Shown: positions 1-9,056 of the stretch, in pieces
Position numbering within the stretch: position 1 is the stretch's first letter
Layout of the letters: every line of letters begins with the position of its first letter
DNA from: Candidatus Iainarchaeum sp.
Lineage (GTDB): Archaea > Iainarchaeota > Iainarchaeia > Iainarchaeales > JAZDDZ01
Length of the DNA stretch: 64,000 bases
Reading direction: 5' to 3'
Assembly (NCBI GenBank): GCA_043809245.1
Contig: JAZDDZ010000008.1
Span: 1-64,000, forward strand
Translations under genes and position numbers: made by a program
The notes under the pieces: generated by a model
Seen by the model: only the letters and a program-made list of their open reading frames with translations
Told to the model about the DNA's origin: nothing
Database searches by the model: none

Positions 1-141
1 AAAATCACCAACGCAGCAAGCGAAGCATTCAACAACAAAATCGGTCTACTGAAAAGACGAGCATACGGTTACAAGGACTTGGAATACTTCAAACTCAAAA
101 TCATAAACTCATGCTGGAGGTCCTAAATATGCAGAAGAGCC
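1..141 (+). mobile_element. Right end of an ISL3-family insertion sequence (transposase C-terminus 1-126 plus terminal IR ending at 141)
   Basis: Frame 1 reads KITNAASEAFNNKIGLLKRRAYGYKDLEYFKLKII...stop at 126, the typical ISL3 C-terminal motif (TNAxxExxNNKIxxxKRxAYG). The terminus ...GCAGAAGAGCC is GGCTCTT on the minus strand, the ISL3 end signature. Confidence 0.88.
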
Positions 142-304
142 GATTTAATATAACGTAAAAGACAACTGATATAAGGCCAGCCACAGAGTAATTAAAAAAG
201 CCGTTATCCAGTGAGGCTTTTGCTTTTTCTGCTGCAAAAGTTTCCTCAGGATTGGTAACTGAATTAATCCAGAGATTTATCCGATTTTTCCATTCAGCAT
301 TCAT
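142..304 (-). pseudogene. Yip1-domain-like membrane protein, N-terminal part interrupted by ISL3
   Basis: WINSVTNPEETFAAEKAKASL followed by a hydrophobic helix resembles a Yip1 N-terminus; the frame runs into the IS end at 141. Confidence 0.6.
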
Positions 305-350
305 TTAATCTATGTTGTTTATTCAGATATAAAAAGCTATCTGATTAATT

Positions 351-869
351 TCACTGATTAATTGCGAGATTTTGAGGAGCATTCGCCTCTACATCTTTCT
401 TTTTCTGCTGCTTTTGTTCGCCGAAGTATTCAGTGAATTTTTTTGTGGTGTAAAGTACGAAAGTGATTCCTTTTTTTTCACGCCTGATAAAGCCCTTTTC
501 ATTGAGCATGTGAATGTGGTCATAGGCTTTTGTGTTGCGGTATTTGATGACATCAGCCTGCTTTATGGGCTGCTTGTAGGCAATCAATGCAAGTGTTTTC
601 ATCACGCTTTTGTTGAATTCGCTTGAAGCGGCTAGATGCCGAACCTTTTGCTCCAAATCGGGCTTGAGCCCCATGCGATAGCCTGCCGGCTCTTCCTTTA
701 TCTCCAAAGCTGAATCCCTTTCAAGGTAATTGCTTGAAAGCTCGTTCAATGCCATCCTTGCCTCTGCAATGCTTACTCCTGAAATCCGCGCTAGCTCGTC
801 AACAGGCATGTGCGTTGGCGCAATGAATAAGGCGGCTTCAATTGTTTTCTTGGTTTCCTGCAATTCCAT
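351..869 (-). CDS. scpB: SMC-ScpAB complex subunit ScpB
   Basis: IEAALF, KTLALIAYKQPIKQADV, YTTKKFTEYFG motifs. Confidence 0.93.
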   Translation of the reverse strand: MELQETKKTIEAALFIAPTHMPVDELARISGVSIAEARMALNELSSNYLERDSALEIKEEPAGYRMGLKPDLEQKVRHLAASSEFNKSVMKTLALIAYKQPIKQADVIKYRNTKAYDHIHMLNEKGFIRREKKGITFVLYTTKKFTEYFGEQKQQKKKDVEANAPQNLAINQ

Positions 870-952
870 TACCAGCCTTTTATTATTCTTACTTATTTAA
901 TTATATAGTAAACTTATATTAATTTATTAAATTAAATGCTCCAGTGCTTTGA

Positions 953-2107
953 ATGCAGGCAGAAAAACTGAAAATCGGTGAAAAAGAGGTCTTTCTTGTA
1001 GGCACAGCGCATGTTTCAAGCGAAAGCGTGGAGCTTGTGAGGAAAACCATTGAAAAGGAAAAGCCTGACGCGGTTGGAGTGGAACTTGACCTTGAACGCC
1101 TTAACCAGCTGAAATCCGGGGAAAAATGGCGTGAAACAAACATTGTGGACATAGTGAAGCACGGAAAAACATACCTCTTTCTCATCAACTTGTTGTTATC
1201 CAATTACCAGCGCAAAATCGGAAGGGATTTGGGGGTCATGCCCGGAGCCGAAATGCTTGAAGCAGTCAAGGCAGCTGAAGAAAAAGGCATTCCAATTGAA
1301 CTGCTTGACAGGAGCGTAAAGGTTTCATTGAAGCGCGCCTTGAATGCAATGGGCTTGATTGAAAAGGCAAAGCTTTTCTTCAGCCTTTTCATTGGCTTGT
1401 TTGAATCCGAAAAAATTGAGCTCACAGAGGAAAAACTAAAGGAGTTAAAAGATAAGGATGTGTTGAATGAACTGCTTGCCGAGCTTTCAAAAGAGTTTCC
1501 TGCGATGAAAAAGGTTTTGGTTGATGAGAGGGACGCGTTCATTGCGCAAAAAATCAGGGAGTCACGCGGAAAAAAAGTCGTGGCAGTTGTCGGGGCAGGG
1601 CATGTTGAAGGCATAAAAAAATTAATGCAAAAGGAAAGCGACTTAAATGAACTGCAGAAAATGCCCATTGAAAAAAACTATCTTGCTGCAGTCGGCTGGC
1701 TTATCCCTGTTTTGTTCATTGCATTGTTTGGGTATGCTTTTTTCACTAAAGGAATTGAAACAAGCCTCATTGTTTTGCTTTCCTGGGCAGCAATAACAGG
1801 CATTCTTGCAGCGATTGGCACAGCGCTTGCCGGGGGCCACATTTACTCCATTCTAACCTCGCTTGTGGCGGCGCCGATAACCACGCTGCATCCCTTGCTT
1901 GCAGTGGGATGGTTCGCAGGCTATGTAGAAGCCAGGGTAAGGGTGCCAAAGGTCAAGGACTTTGAATCACTGCACGCAATTGAATCATTAGGCGACTTGT
2001 ACAAGAACCAAGTCACAAGAATTTTAATGGTCACAGCGCTCGCGAATTTAGGGGCAACAATCGGCACGCTGATTGCCTTCCCCTACATTGCGGGGCTGGT
2101 GCTCTAG
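953..2107 (+). CDS. TraB/PrgY/GumN family protein with C-terminal TM helices
   Basis: LVGTAHVS, VGVELD, PGAEM, LVDERD, VVGAGH motifs. Confidence 0.9.
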   Translation: MQAEKLKIGEKEVFLVGTAHVSSESVELVRKTIEKEKPDAVGVELDLERLNQLKSGEKWRETNIVDIVKHGKTYLFLINLLLSNYQRKIGRDLGVMPGAEMLEAVKAAEEKGIPIELLDRSVKVSLKRALNAMGLIEKAKLFFSLFIGLFESEKIELTEEKLKELKDKDVLNELLAELSKEFPAMKKVLVDERDAFIAQKIRESRGKKVVAVVGAGHVEGIKKLMQKESDLNELQKMPIEKNYLAAVGWLIPVLFIALFGYAFFTKGIETSLIVLLSWAAITGILAAIGTALAGGHIYSILTSLVAAPITTLHPLLAVGWFAGYVEARVRVPKVKDFESLHAIESLGDLYKNQVTRILMVTALANLGATIGTLIAFPYIAGLVL

Positions 2108-2170
2108 CGAATGATGCTGCAGGCAAACATATAAATATGACCTGCTGTATAATTATATTAGTGGTATAAT

Positions 2171-2383
2171 TTGTCCAAGGCAGTTGTTGTTGTAAGGAAA
2201 TGGGGCAATTCGATTGGCATAACCCTGCCTATTGGCGTGGTTAAGCGTGAGAAAATCAAAGCTAATGATGCAGTGGTTATAACTGTGGAAAAAGCAGCGC
2301 CCCTTGAAAGCCTTTTTGGCACGCTTAAAACAAGGCATTCCACCAAAGAAATAATGGGCGAGATAAGGAAGGGCTGGGATTAA
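2171..2383 (+). CDS. AbrB/MazE-type antitoxin
   Basis: RKWGNSIGITLP swapped-hairpin motif; coupled to a PIN gene. Confidence 0.88.
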   Translation: MSKAVVVVRKWGNSIGITLPIGVVKREKIKANDAVVITVEKAAPLESLFGTLKTRHSTKEIMGEIRKGWD

Positions 2384-2751
2384 TGCCTGATTATTTTGTG
2401 GACACTTATGCATTGGTTGAATTTTTCAGGGGAAACCGCGCATACAAAGGGTATTTCCTGAACAAGGGAATTGTTACCTGCCGGCTTAATCTGATGGAAC
2501 TTTATTACAGCGCGCTTATTGAGGGCGGCGAGGAATTGGCTGAGAGATATTATGAGTCCCTTCTTTCAAAGGTTGTTGAATTCGGCGATGAAACAATAAA
2601 GAATGCGATGAAACTCAGGTTTAAAGACAGGGCGAAAAAATTTTCCTATGTTGATGCAGTAGGCTACGAGATAGCGCGGGAATTGAAGATAAAATTTCTA
2701 ACCGGCGATAAGGCATTTAAGGGAATGGAAAACGTGGAATTCGTAAAATGA
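2383..2751 (+). CDS. vapC: PIN-domain (VapC-like) toxin
   Basis: FVDTYALVE, SYVDA, LTGDKAF PIN motifs. Confidence 0.88.
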   Translation: MPDYFVDTYALVEFFRGNRAYKGYFLNKGIVTCRLNLMELYYSALIEGGEELAERYYESLLSKVVEFGDETIKNAMKLRFKDRAKKFSYVDAVGYEIARELKIKFLTGDKAFKGMENVEFVK

Positions 2752-2754
2752 TGC

Positions 2755-2799
2755 CTATCGGGTTTCACCTGAAACAAGCGAAATGAATATTTCCCCGAA
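2755..2799 (-). pseudogene. scpA: Displaced original 3' end of scpA (FGEIFISLVSGETR*)
   Basis: Minus-strand reading through the att core gives F-G-E-I-F-I-S-L-V-S-G-E-T-R-TAG, matching the scpA terminus FGEIFISIVK*. Confidence 0.85.
2782..2799. repeat. att core, left copy (AATGAATATTTCCCCGAA)
   Basis: Exact 18-bp direct repeat with 13475-13492. Confidence 0.92.
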
Positions 2800-3025
2800 G
2801 AATAGTGTATTAGGGGGTTAAATATTTTCCTTTTCCTTGTTTCTTGCCATTAAAAAGGGGCTTTTTTATACCACTACTATATACACTGGCTGCTTTACCT
2901 GGGCCTTAAAACTTTCTAATGATTGGTTCAGCGTATTTTCCACCTGCAATTAAGCGGGCAAAAAAATCAGCGTGCCTTTCAGAATCTTTTTTGAAATCAA
3001 TCAATGAAACCACCACCTGTTTTTG

Positions 3026-3976
3026 TTAAAGATTTAATTCTTTATATGTGTTTTTAAAAGAAGCCGATATTCCAATGGGTTTAACTTGCGCTAAGGCCCT
3101 CTCCCTTAAATCATTTAAGATTTTTATGTTCTCCTTTTTGTGCGTCATTGCCTTGATTGCCTCAAAGTTTTGAATGAAAAAAAATGGGAAGCCCTGGACA
3201 GCTTCACTAATAGTTGGGTAAACCTTTTTTTCTTCAAATATTTTTTTGGTTTCCTTTGGATCTACTTGTTTCCCAGGGTATTCTTTGATAACCCCATTTT
3301 CTAAATTAAAAGTTGAACCTTTAATTTTTTTTACTATATCCATAAAGGTTTTGTTTTCCCTAAACTCTTTCCGCATATGTAAATTCTGAACCCATTCCGA
3401 AAAATCCGTGGTTTTGAAATAAAGCTCAATAATTTTTTCTACAAACGCACTTTTTTTCTTATATTCTGGTTTCACCATATCCTGTAAACTTATTTTTTCA
3501 GGCGCATCAGGCAGATTTATTTTGTTATCAGAATAGTATCCATCCCTTTTGTTATCAGAATAGTATCCCTCCTTTTTTCTCACAAAGGATATTGTTATTG
3601 TTGGATGATCATCTTTCAATTCAGAATGGTATAGGCTCACAAAGCAGTTGAGGGTTAATTTTTGGAAATTAACTGAATAATATTTTTCTTTCAAATCTTT
3701 TGAATGGCCTGTTATGTAATCAGCTTTTTCAAGCAAGTAAACCCTTTCGGAAATAGTAGGCTGGCTTTTCCCCAAATGCTCTGCTAATTTTTTTTGGCTA
3801 TCAAAACCTTTTACTATTGAAAAGAGTGTTTCACCAAATTCCCTGCTAATCCTTATGCCTTTGTATTTTTTAAGAATCTTAATGGCCTTGGGATCCTCTC
3901 TAATTTTTTTAATGAGAAATTCATCCCGCATAAACTCTTTCATATACCCTTCTCTCCTTATTGATCTGTCATGCAT
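3026..3976 (-). CDS. Winged-HTH regulator (putative element repressor); start may be 3943
   Basis: SQKKLAEHLGKSQPTISERVYLLEKADYI HTH; divergent from the replication operon. Confidence 0.7.
   Translation of the reverse strand: MHDRSIRREGYMKEFMRDEFLIKKIREDPKAIKILKKYKGIRISREFGETLFSIVKGFDSQKKLAEHLGKSQPTISERVYLLEKADYITGHSKDLKEKYYSVNFQKLTLNCFVSLYHSELKDDHPTITISFVRKKEGYYSDNKRDGYYSDNKINLPDAPEKISLQDMVKPEYKKKSAFVEKIIELYFKTTDFSEWVQNLHMRKEFRENKTFMDIVKKIKGSTFNLENGVIKEYPGKQVDPKETKKIFEEKKVYPTISEAVQGFPFFFIQNFEAIKAMTHKKENIKILNDLRERALAQVKPIGISASFKNTYKELNL
3520..3568. repeat. 27-bp-period in-frame tandem duplication (GYYSDNK twice)
   Basis: TTTTGTTATCAGAATAGTATCC at 3520 and 3547. Confidence 0.9.
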
Positions 3977-4142
3977 CTATCTATTACTAAACACAATACA
4001 TTTTAAAAATATTGCCTGGCGCTTTAAACTGCAAATAGTTGCCTATTACTGCTTTAAAATGGCAATAAACCATTTATAGCTAATCGCTCTTAATTGGCTA
4101 TGAATGGATTTCTTTTTAATTATTTATTGCTGAAAGTAATAT

Positions 4143-4328
4143 ATGTCAGAGCTGAAACCGCAAACCTGTGCCAAATGCGGGCAAATATTAATGGATAAAG
4201 CCTATTTTGAGCAAATACACAACAAGCCATTTCTTTATGCCTTACAGCAACTTGAGCTCTGGCAATCGTTAAAAGAAGAGGGAAAAAAGCATGGAAAAGG
4301 ATCAAAACAAGGGCCTGAGCAAGATTGA
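4143..4328 (+). CDS. Small hypothetical protein with CxxC
   Basis: First ORF of the rightward operon; CAKCG motif. Confidence 0.55.
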   Translation: MSELKPQTCAKCGQILMDKAYFEQIHNKPFLYALQQLELWQSLKEEGKKHGKGSKQGPEQD

Positions 4329-6198
4329 GGCCTCTATTTTCAGGCAATACGAACCTATTCTGGCAAAAGATTGCGTTTATAACTGTTTAAAGGAAACCCT
4401 ACATAATGGCCAGGTAATCAAGGAAAACCTGTTTAATTGTTATGAGTGCTATAAGGGGAAGGGCCAGAATCGCATTATTCTGATAACCCAAATGCAGGAA
4501 AGCCTGCCCCTGGGAGAAATAGAGTTGTGTTTTGCCCCATTGAAAATAATGGAAACCCAGGCTGGAAAAGAATTTGAGCTCATAGAGGAATTCAAGCCAT
4601 ACATTGAGCTTTATGGATTAACAAAGATCAGCCCTAAAAACTTGATTGAAGGCATTAAAGAAGAGGCAGTAGAAAAAGAAATTTTCCTAACCCCTGAGAT
4701 GTTAAAGGAAAAAATCTGGGAGGGCCTGAAAGACATTGCCTGGGGCAACAAAGAAGGCATATATAGCAAACTATTCTACAAAAAAATCCCTCCAGTGGAT
4801 ATCAATGCGGTTTTAAGGTTTTCAAACAAAGAGGCAAATGAAAAAATTGATGCATTCATTGATGATAACTGCAACAAGGATCCTGTAATAAATTATTTAT
4901 TCAAGCATTCAGTTTTGTTTCCAAATATCAATGTGGTGAAACCCCATAGATATCAACCATTTAACCCTCATCAAATTTTGATTACCAATTCTGGAACCGC
5001 TAAAACAACCACTGCAGAAAAATTCGGAAGGGTATATGAGAACGCCTCAATCATTGGCCTGGTGGGATATGCGGATGCTCAAAAGATTTGCTATGGAACT
5101 CTTCATAACTCCTATCAGGATATTGCGCTTGATGAACTTGAGGCGGTCCAGGAATCGGATATTTACTCCAAGTTTTTGAAAATTTTGCAGGATGGAAAAA
5201 CCACTTCCGCAAAGGCAGGCAGAGAAATCCCATGTAGAAGCTGGAGCCCTCTTAGAATAATGAGCAACCCCGTGAGATTGAGAGCTCAAGAAAGCCTTTT
5301 TATAAACGATTATGAGCTTGTGCAAATTTTTGAGGATCTTATTAACTGCATTACCAAAAACCCAGAGGCCCTGGGCAATAGAATTCCCATAGTGCTTTTC
5401 AGCAAAAAAATAAAGGCATTGAAGAAAGGCGCTGCAGTGCATCCCCTTGAAGAAATTGAAAGGCTTCAGAAGTATGTGCAAACCTTAGGAGAGCTTGCGA
5501 AAACAAATTATTCCAGGCTATTCAATGAACAGAGAGTTGTTGAATGGTTGAGACAAGGTTATCCAGAGCAGTATGAGAAAGAGGTTAAGGCCTTAGCTGC
5601 AAGCGAAGAGGATGCAGGCTTCCAAGTGTTCAGGGATTTTCTAAATGGCTCAGTTGAAGGCTCTGGGGCCACACACTGCAGAGGTTTTGCCCTCAAGCAA
5701 GCCTGTGTGGATTCCATAATGGATTTAATTAACGGAAGGCACGATATAGGAAAACTACTCAAGGATGCGGATTTCCACTTCCAAAAAATCTTAGGGATAA
5801 ACCTGAAATCCTTTGAATCTATTGTGGAGATAACCCAAAAGCAAAACCTCATGGCGCAGTTAGTGGAGAGTAGATTCCATGCCCTGGCAAAGGAAGGCCA
5901 GATCCTGTGCAGTGTTTTAAAACAATTCCTGGCGAAAGAGCTCCCTGAATCAAGGGAAATCATTACTGATTCATTCCAGGCCCTTCTCTTGGAGAATGAG
6001 GCATTCAAAGGCACAGGAAGGAGCCTCCCCACCTATTGGAGCAGGCTTTTCAAGCAGAGGAAGAGGCTGAACCTGCAATTCATGGCCCTGGGCTTTGAGT
6101 TGGGCCAGAGGAAAACAAAGGTGGGAATGATCCAATTCGTTAAAATTCTGGATGAAGCACTGCTTAAGCTCCTAAAAACAGGGGAGGAAACGAAATGA
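4291..6198 (+). CDS. Divergent MCM-like AAA+ helicase
   Basis: Walker A NSGTAKT, ASIIGL, Walker B IALDE, pre-sensor hairpin TTSAKAG, sensor-1 IMSNP, candidate Arg finger ALGNRIP. Confidence 0.8.
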   Translation: MEKDQNKGLSKIEASIFRQYEPILAKDCVYNCLKETLHNGQVIKENLFNCYECYKGKGQNRIILITQMQESLPLGEIELCFAPLKIMETQAGKEFELIEEFKPYIELYGLTKISPKNLIEGIKEEAVEKEIFLTPEMLKEKIWEGLKDIAWGNKEGIYSKLFYKKIPPVDINAVLRFSNKEANEKIDAFIDDNCNKDPVINYLFKHSVLFPNINVVKPHRYQPFNPHQILITNSGTAKTTTAEKFGRVYENASIIGLVGYADAQKICYGTLHNSYQDIALDELEAVQESDIYSKFLKILQDGKTTSAKAGREIPCRSWSPLRIMSNPVRLRAQESLFINDYELVQIFEDLINCITKNPEALGNRIPIVLFSKKIKALKKGAAVHPLEEIERLQKYVQTLGELAKTNYSRLFNEQRVVEWLRQGYPEQYEKEVKALAASEEDAGFQVFRDFLNGSVEGSGATHCRGFALKQACVDSIMDLINGRHDIGKLLKDADFHFQKILGINLKSFESIVEITQKQNLMAQLVESRFHALAKEGQILCSVLKQFLAKELPESREIITDSFQALLLENEAFKGTGRSLPTYWSRLFKQRKRLNLQFMALGFELGQRKTKVGMIQFVKILDEALLKLLKTGEETK

Positions 6199-6290
6199 AG
6201 AAATTGGAGCCTATACTGGTTTTTTGGTTTGATCCTTTGGATGGCCCAAAGTTTACTGTGTTGTTTGATAAAAAGGAGGAAAAAAAATGA
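6195..6290 (+). CDS. 31-aa microprotein
   Basis: ATGA overlap with the helicase stop, GGAGG upstream; MKKLEPILVFWFDPLDGPKFTVLFDKKEEKK. Confidence 0.5.
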   Translation: MKKLEPILVFWFDPLDGPKFTVLFDKKEEKK

Positions 6291-6415
6291 ACCCCCCCAC
6301 CTTGCTTGGCAAAATGGCTAAAATGGCTATTATGGCTGGCGTTTTCCAGCTAAATTCAGTAGCCAAATTAGCCAAAACAGCCTTTTTGCCAGGGCAGGTA
6401 GGGGCTCTTTTTTTT
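6279..6415. repeat. Symmetric inverted array of GGC/GCC boxes, candidate replication origin
   Basis: GGC at 6308/6316/6325/6334 and GCC at 6362/6371/6380/6388 (spacing 8,9,9 mirrored as 9,9,8); flanking A- and T-tracts. Confidence 0.6.
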
Positions 6416-6443
6416 AAAAATCAACCATTGGAGGTGGTTTTGA

Positions 6444-6767
6444 ATGTCTTTAAAGAGAAATAGAGGGATAACTCAAGCGGATTATCTGGCGGCAGGATTT
6501 GATGAAACCGAGCCGACGGAGCCGACAGCAGCAGAGAAAGCGGATGGATTGCAGCAAGCCTTTGACAAGGCACAAGCGAAATGGCAGGACATACTGATTA
6601 TGGTGGGGAATGGTAATTGCTTGATGCAGTGCAATTTCACGCCGACAGATTTGAGAGCATTCATTGATGACATCAAATACATGGAGAAAATGGGGCAGGA
6701 TGCGATTGATGGAATCAAAGAAATGATTCAGCGAATAGAAAAGGAGGAACCGAATGAACGAAAATAG
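6444..6767 (+). CDS. Hypothetical protein
   Basis: GGAGGTGG RBS; operonic. Confidence 0.7.
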   Translation: MSLKRNRGITQADYLAAGFDETEPTEPTAAEKADGLQQAFDKAQAKWQDILIMVGNGNCLMQCNFTPTDLRAFIDDIKYMEKMGQDAIDGIKEMIQRIEKEEPNERK

Positions 6768-7056
6768 AACCGATCTGCCTTTTCTGGCAGCAAAATATGA
6801 TGCTATTGGTGTGCCATTCAAGCATTTGCTTGAAGTTGTAATGGGCAAAATTCCAGGCACAGGCTGGTATCCTATTCAAAAAAACAAGAAGGATGTTGGT
6901 TTGCTGTGTTTTGAACTTTCAAAAGACAAGGAAACTCTTTGGGTTAGTTTTCTTTGGCACGACTTGGAATGGGAAAAGCATGAATTGAAAGAAAAAAAAA
7001 GATTGCTTGAAAGACAACCACTGGAGGCGGTTTTAAATGCAAAAAAAACAAAATGA
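6754..7056 (+). CDS. Hypothetical protein
   Basis: GGAGG RBS; overlaps both neighbours. Confidence 0.65.
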   Translation: MNENRTDLPFLAAKYDAIGVPFKHLLEVVMGKIPGTGWYPIQKNKKDVGLLCFELSKDKETLWVSFLWHDLEWEKHELKEKKRLLERQPLEAVLNAKKTK

Positions 7057-7384
7057 AAAAAAGAATGAGAAAGAAATACGGATAGCAGCCATTGAATGGG
7101 TTAATGCAAAAATTGCAAGGCTAATGAATGAAATGGTTGCATTGGAGGAAGCCCACAGCAAAGCAAAAAAAACAGCGAGATCAATAAAGGATCTTAACTT
7201 TGTTCAGGCCCTTGTTAAGCAAAACCTTGAGCGTTGGGAGCGCCTTGATGAGGAACTATTAAACACCGAAATGGATTATGGAGAGGCAAGAGCTTTCATT
7301 TGTGCATTCCAGCCAGGCCAGGGAATTAATAAAGCCATTCTCGGAAATCCCCCGAAAGAATTGGAGGAAGATGAAGATGATTGA
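7037..7384 (+). CDS. Hypothetical coiled-coil protein
   Basis: GGAGG RBS; helical heptad pattern. Confidence 0.65.
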   Translation: MQKKQNEKKNEKEIRIAAIEWVNAKIARLMNEMVALEEAHSKAKKTARSIKDLNFVQALVKQNLERWERLDEELLNTEMDYGEARAFICAFQPGQGINKAILGNPPKELEEDEDD

Positions 7385-8438
7385 AAACAAGGGAAACCTA
7401 AACGAAGAGGCTATTAGGTTTTACTATAAACAATTACAGCACGAAGAGGAAACAGAAATAAGGCATGGCATAGAAAATAATTTTTCATCAGATTTCGTGC
7501 ACAGCGCAGATGCTTTTCTTTATGTTTGCCAGCGCTGGAATGGCATTCATAACATATACGCTGGCCTGAATGAAAGAAAACAGGGGGGCACAAAAAGCGA
7601 GCATGTTATAACCGCAGATAAATTCAGGCTTGATATTGAAAGAAAGGAAAGCAAACGAAAGGCAACAGAGGAAGAGATAGATAAAGCTGAAAAAGTTGCG
7701 GATAAAATCATGCTGTGGTTTAAAGAGCAGGGTTTTGATGAACCGCTTAAAGCCTTTACTGGAAATGGCTTTGCTTTGATCTGCTATCATAAGCCATTCA
7801 AAGAACTGAATCAACAAAAAAGAAACAGCATAGCAGAAAAATATAATTCCTTTTTTGAAATGGTAAAGCAAAAATTTGAAACAGAGGATATAAAGATTGA
7901 TAAAACACACGATCTGGCGAGAGTGGATAGGGTAATTGGAACCTGGAACCTTAAAGGGGAGCGCTTGAGTTTTTTCTGCAATGCCCAGGGTTTTGAAAGA
8001 AAGGATAACCTGAAACTGATTGAATTCTTTGAGGGTTTAAAGATTGAAAAGCCAGGAACAGCAAGGGGAAGCCAGGCAAAGGTTAAATTAACTGCCTGGG
8101 AGATTTTGCGGAAAAAACACCCTGATAATCAGGAGCGCTGCAGTTGTGTGCTGAAAATATTCAACAGGCAAAGGGCGAAAGGATGGGGTGTGAATGAGAT
8201 TTGCGAGTATATTGCAAAGAATTGTGTATGGGATGATTATGATCCTGTGCGAACAAGAACCATGATTGAGGATTATTTGAGCAGATATTTTGAGAATCCC
8301 AATCCTTTAACGCAAAAGAAGGCGTTCAGGCTCCGCTATGATTGCGAATGCGGAAGGGTTTATTTTCTGGCCCCTATTAGTGAACAGGTGGTTAATTGTT
8401 CTTGCGGAAAACTTAGGAGAGTTGTTGTTTATGGTTGA
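7377..8438 (+). CDS. AEP-superfamily primase-polymerase-like protein with C-terminal Zn ribbon
   Basis: Motif I-like RLDIE, motif II-like FTGNGF, motif III IDKTHDLARVDRVIGTWN; C-terminal CECG...CSCG; start placed after GGAGG. Confidence 0.75.
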   Translation: MIENKGNLNEEAIRFYYKQLQHEEETEIRHGIENNFSSDFVHSADAFLYVCQRWNGIHNIYAGLNERKQGGTKSEHVITADKFRLDIERKESKRKATEEEIDKAEKVADKIMLWFKEQGFDEPLKAFTGNGFALICYHKPFKELNQQKRNSIAEKYNSFFEMVKQKFETEDIKIDKTHDLARVDRVIGTWNLKGERLSFFCNAQGFERKDNLKLIEFFEGLKIEKPGTARGSQAKVKLTAWEILRKKHPDNQERCSCVLKIFNRQRAKGWGVNEICEYIAKNCVWDDYDPVRTRTMIEDYLSRYFENPNPLTQKKAFRLRYDCECGRVYFLAPISEQVVNCSCGKLRRVVVYG

Positions 8439-8578
8439 ATTGAATTGCCAAAAAAACGCAAATAATGGCGTTTTGCCCTATACCTTGCTATCCTTAAACA
8501 AAATCTTAACGCTTACATACAAGTTATTTAAATGCTCTTTTAACTGCCTGCTTAAACAAACGCCAGAGGGGTGTTCTA

Positions 8579-8890
8579 ATGAAAATTAGGCACAGGGCCT
8601 TTGATTGCCTCAATAAACCCAGGTATAACATCTTACTGGCTTTAAGGGATGTTTTGCTTGAAGTAAGGGAGTTATGCCAGGCCACAGGTCTGAGCTGGCA
8701 TAATTGTTATTATCATTTGGAGATCTTGCAAGAAAAAAAACTGGTTGAAAAGATTGCATCAAAAAAAGAGAACCTTTCAAGGAAAACATACAGGAAAGAA
8801 AGGCCAGTGAACAGGTTCAAATTAACACAGTTAGGCTCTGAGGCGCTTGAATATTTTCCTAACTCTAAATTAGGGGGAAAATATTTATGA
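8579..8890 (+). CDS. ArsR-like winged-HTH protein
   Basis: PRYNILLAL...VRELCQATGLSWHNCYYHLEILQEKKLV...FKLTQLG. Confidence 0.8.
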   Translation: MKIRHRAFDCLNKPRYNILLALRDVLLEVRELCQATGLSWHNCYYHLEILQEKKLVEKIASKKENLSRKTYRKERPVNRFKLTQLGSEALEYFPNSKLGGKYL

Positions 8891-9027
8891 ATATGGAATG
8901 CAGGGCAAGACTAAGGGCATCCAATGCTGCCCATCCCTCTTCCCTGCACATATTGGACAGCAAGTTATGGTTTGGCTTGCTGTTCCTATTCCTCCATAGG
9001 GGCGCAAGAATTGGATGTCTTGCGCCC
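8890..9027 (+). ncRNA. Putative structured RNA: three stem-loops with a predicted loop-loop pseudoknot
   Basis: Stems 8890-8910/8938-8954, 8957-8967/8973-8983 (with G-U pairs) and 9000-9009/9018-9027; loop ATTGGATG is complementary to CATCCAAT (8918-8925). Confidence 0.6.
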
Positions 9028-9056
9028 ATTTCCTCTTTTCAGGCAGTTGATCTCAA

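Noticed and set aside
8431-8589. ORF between the primase and the ArsR-like gene
   Set aside because: AT-rich with TATA-like boxes; more likely a promoter region.
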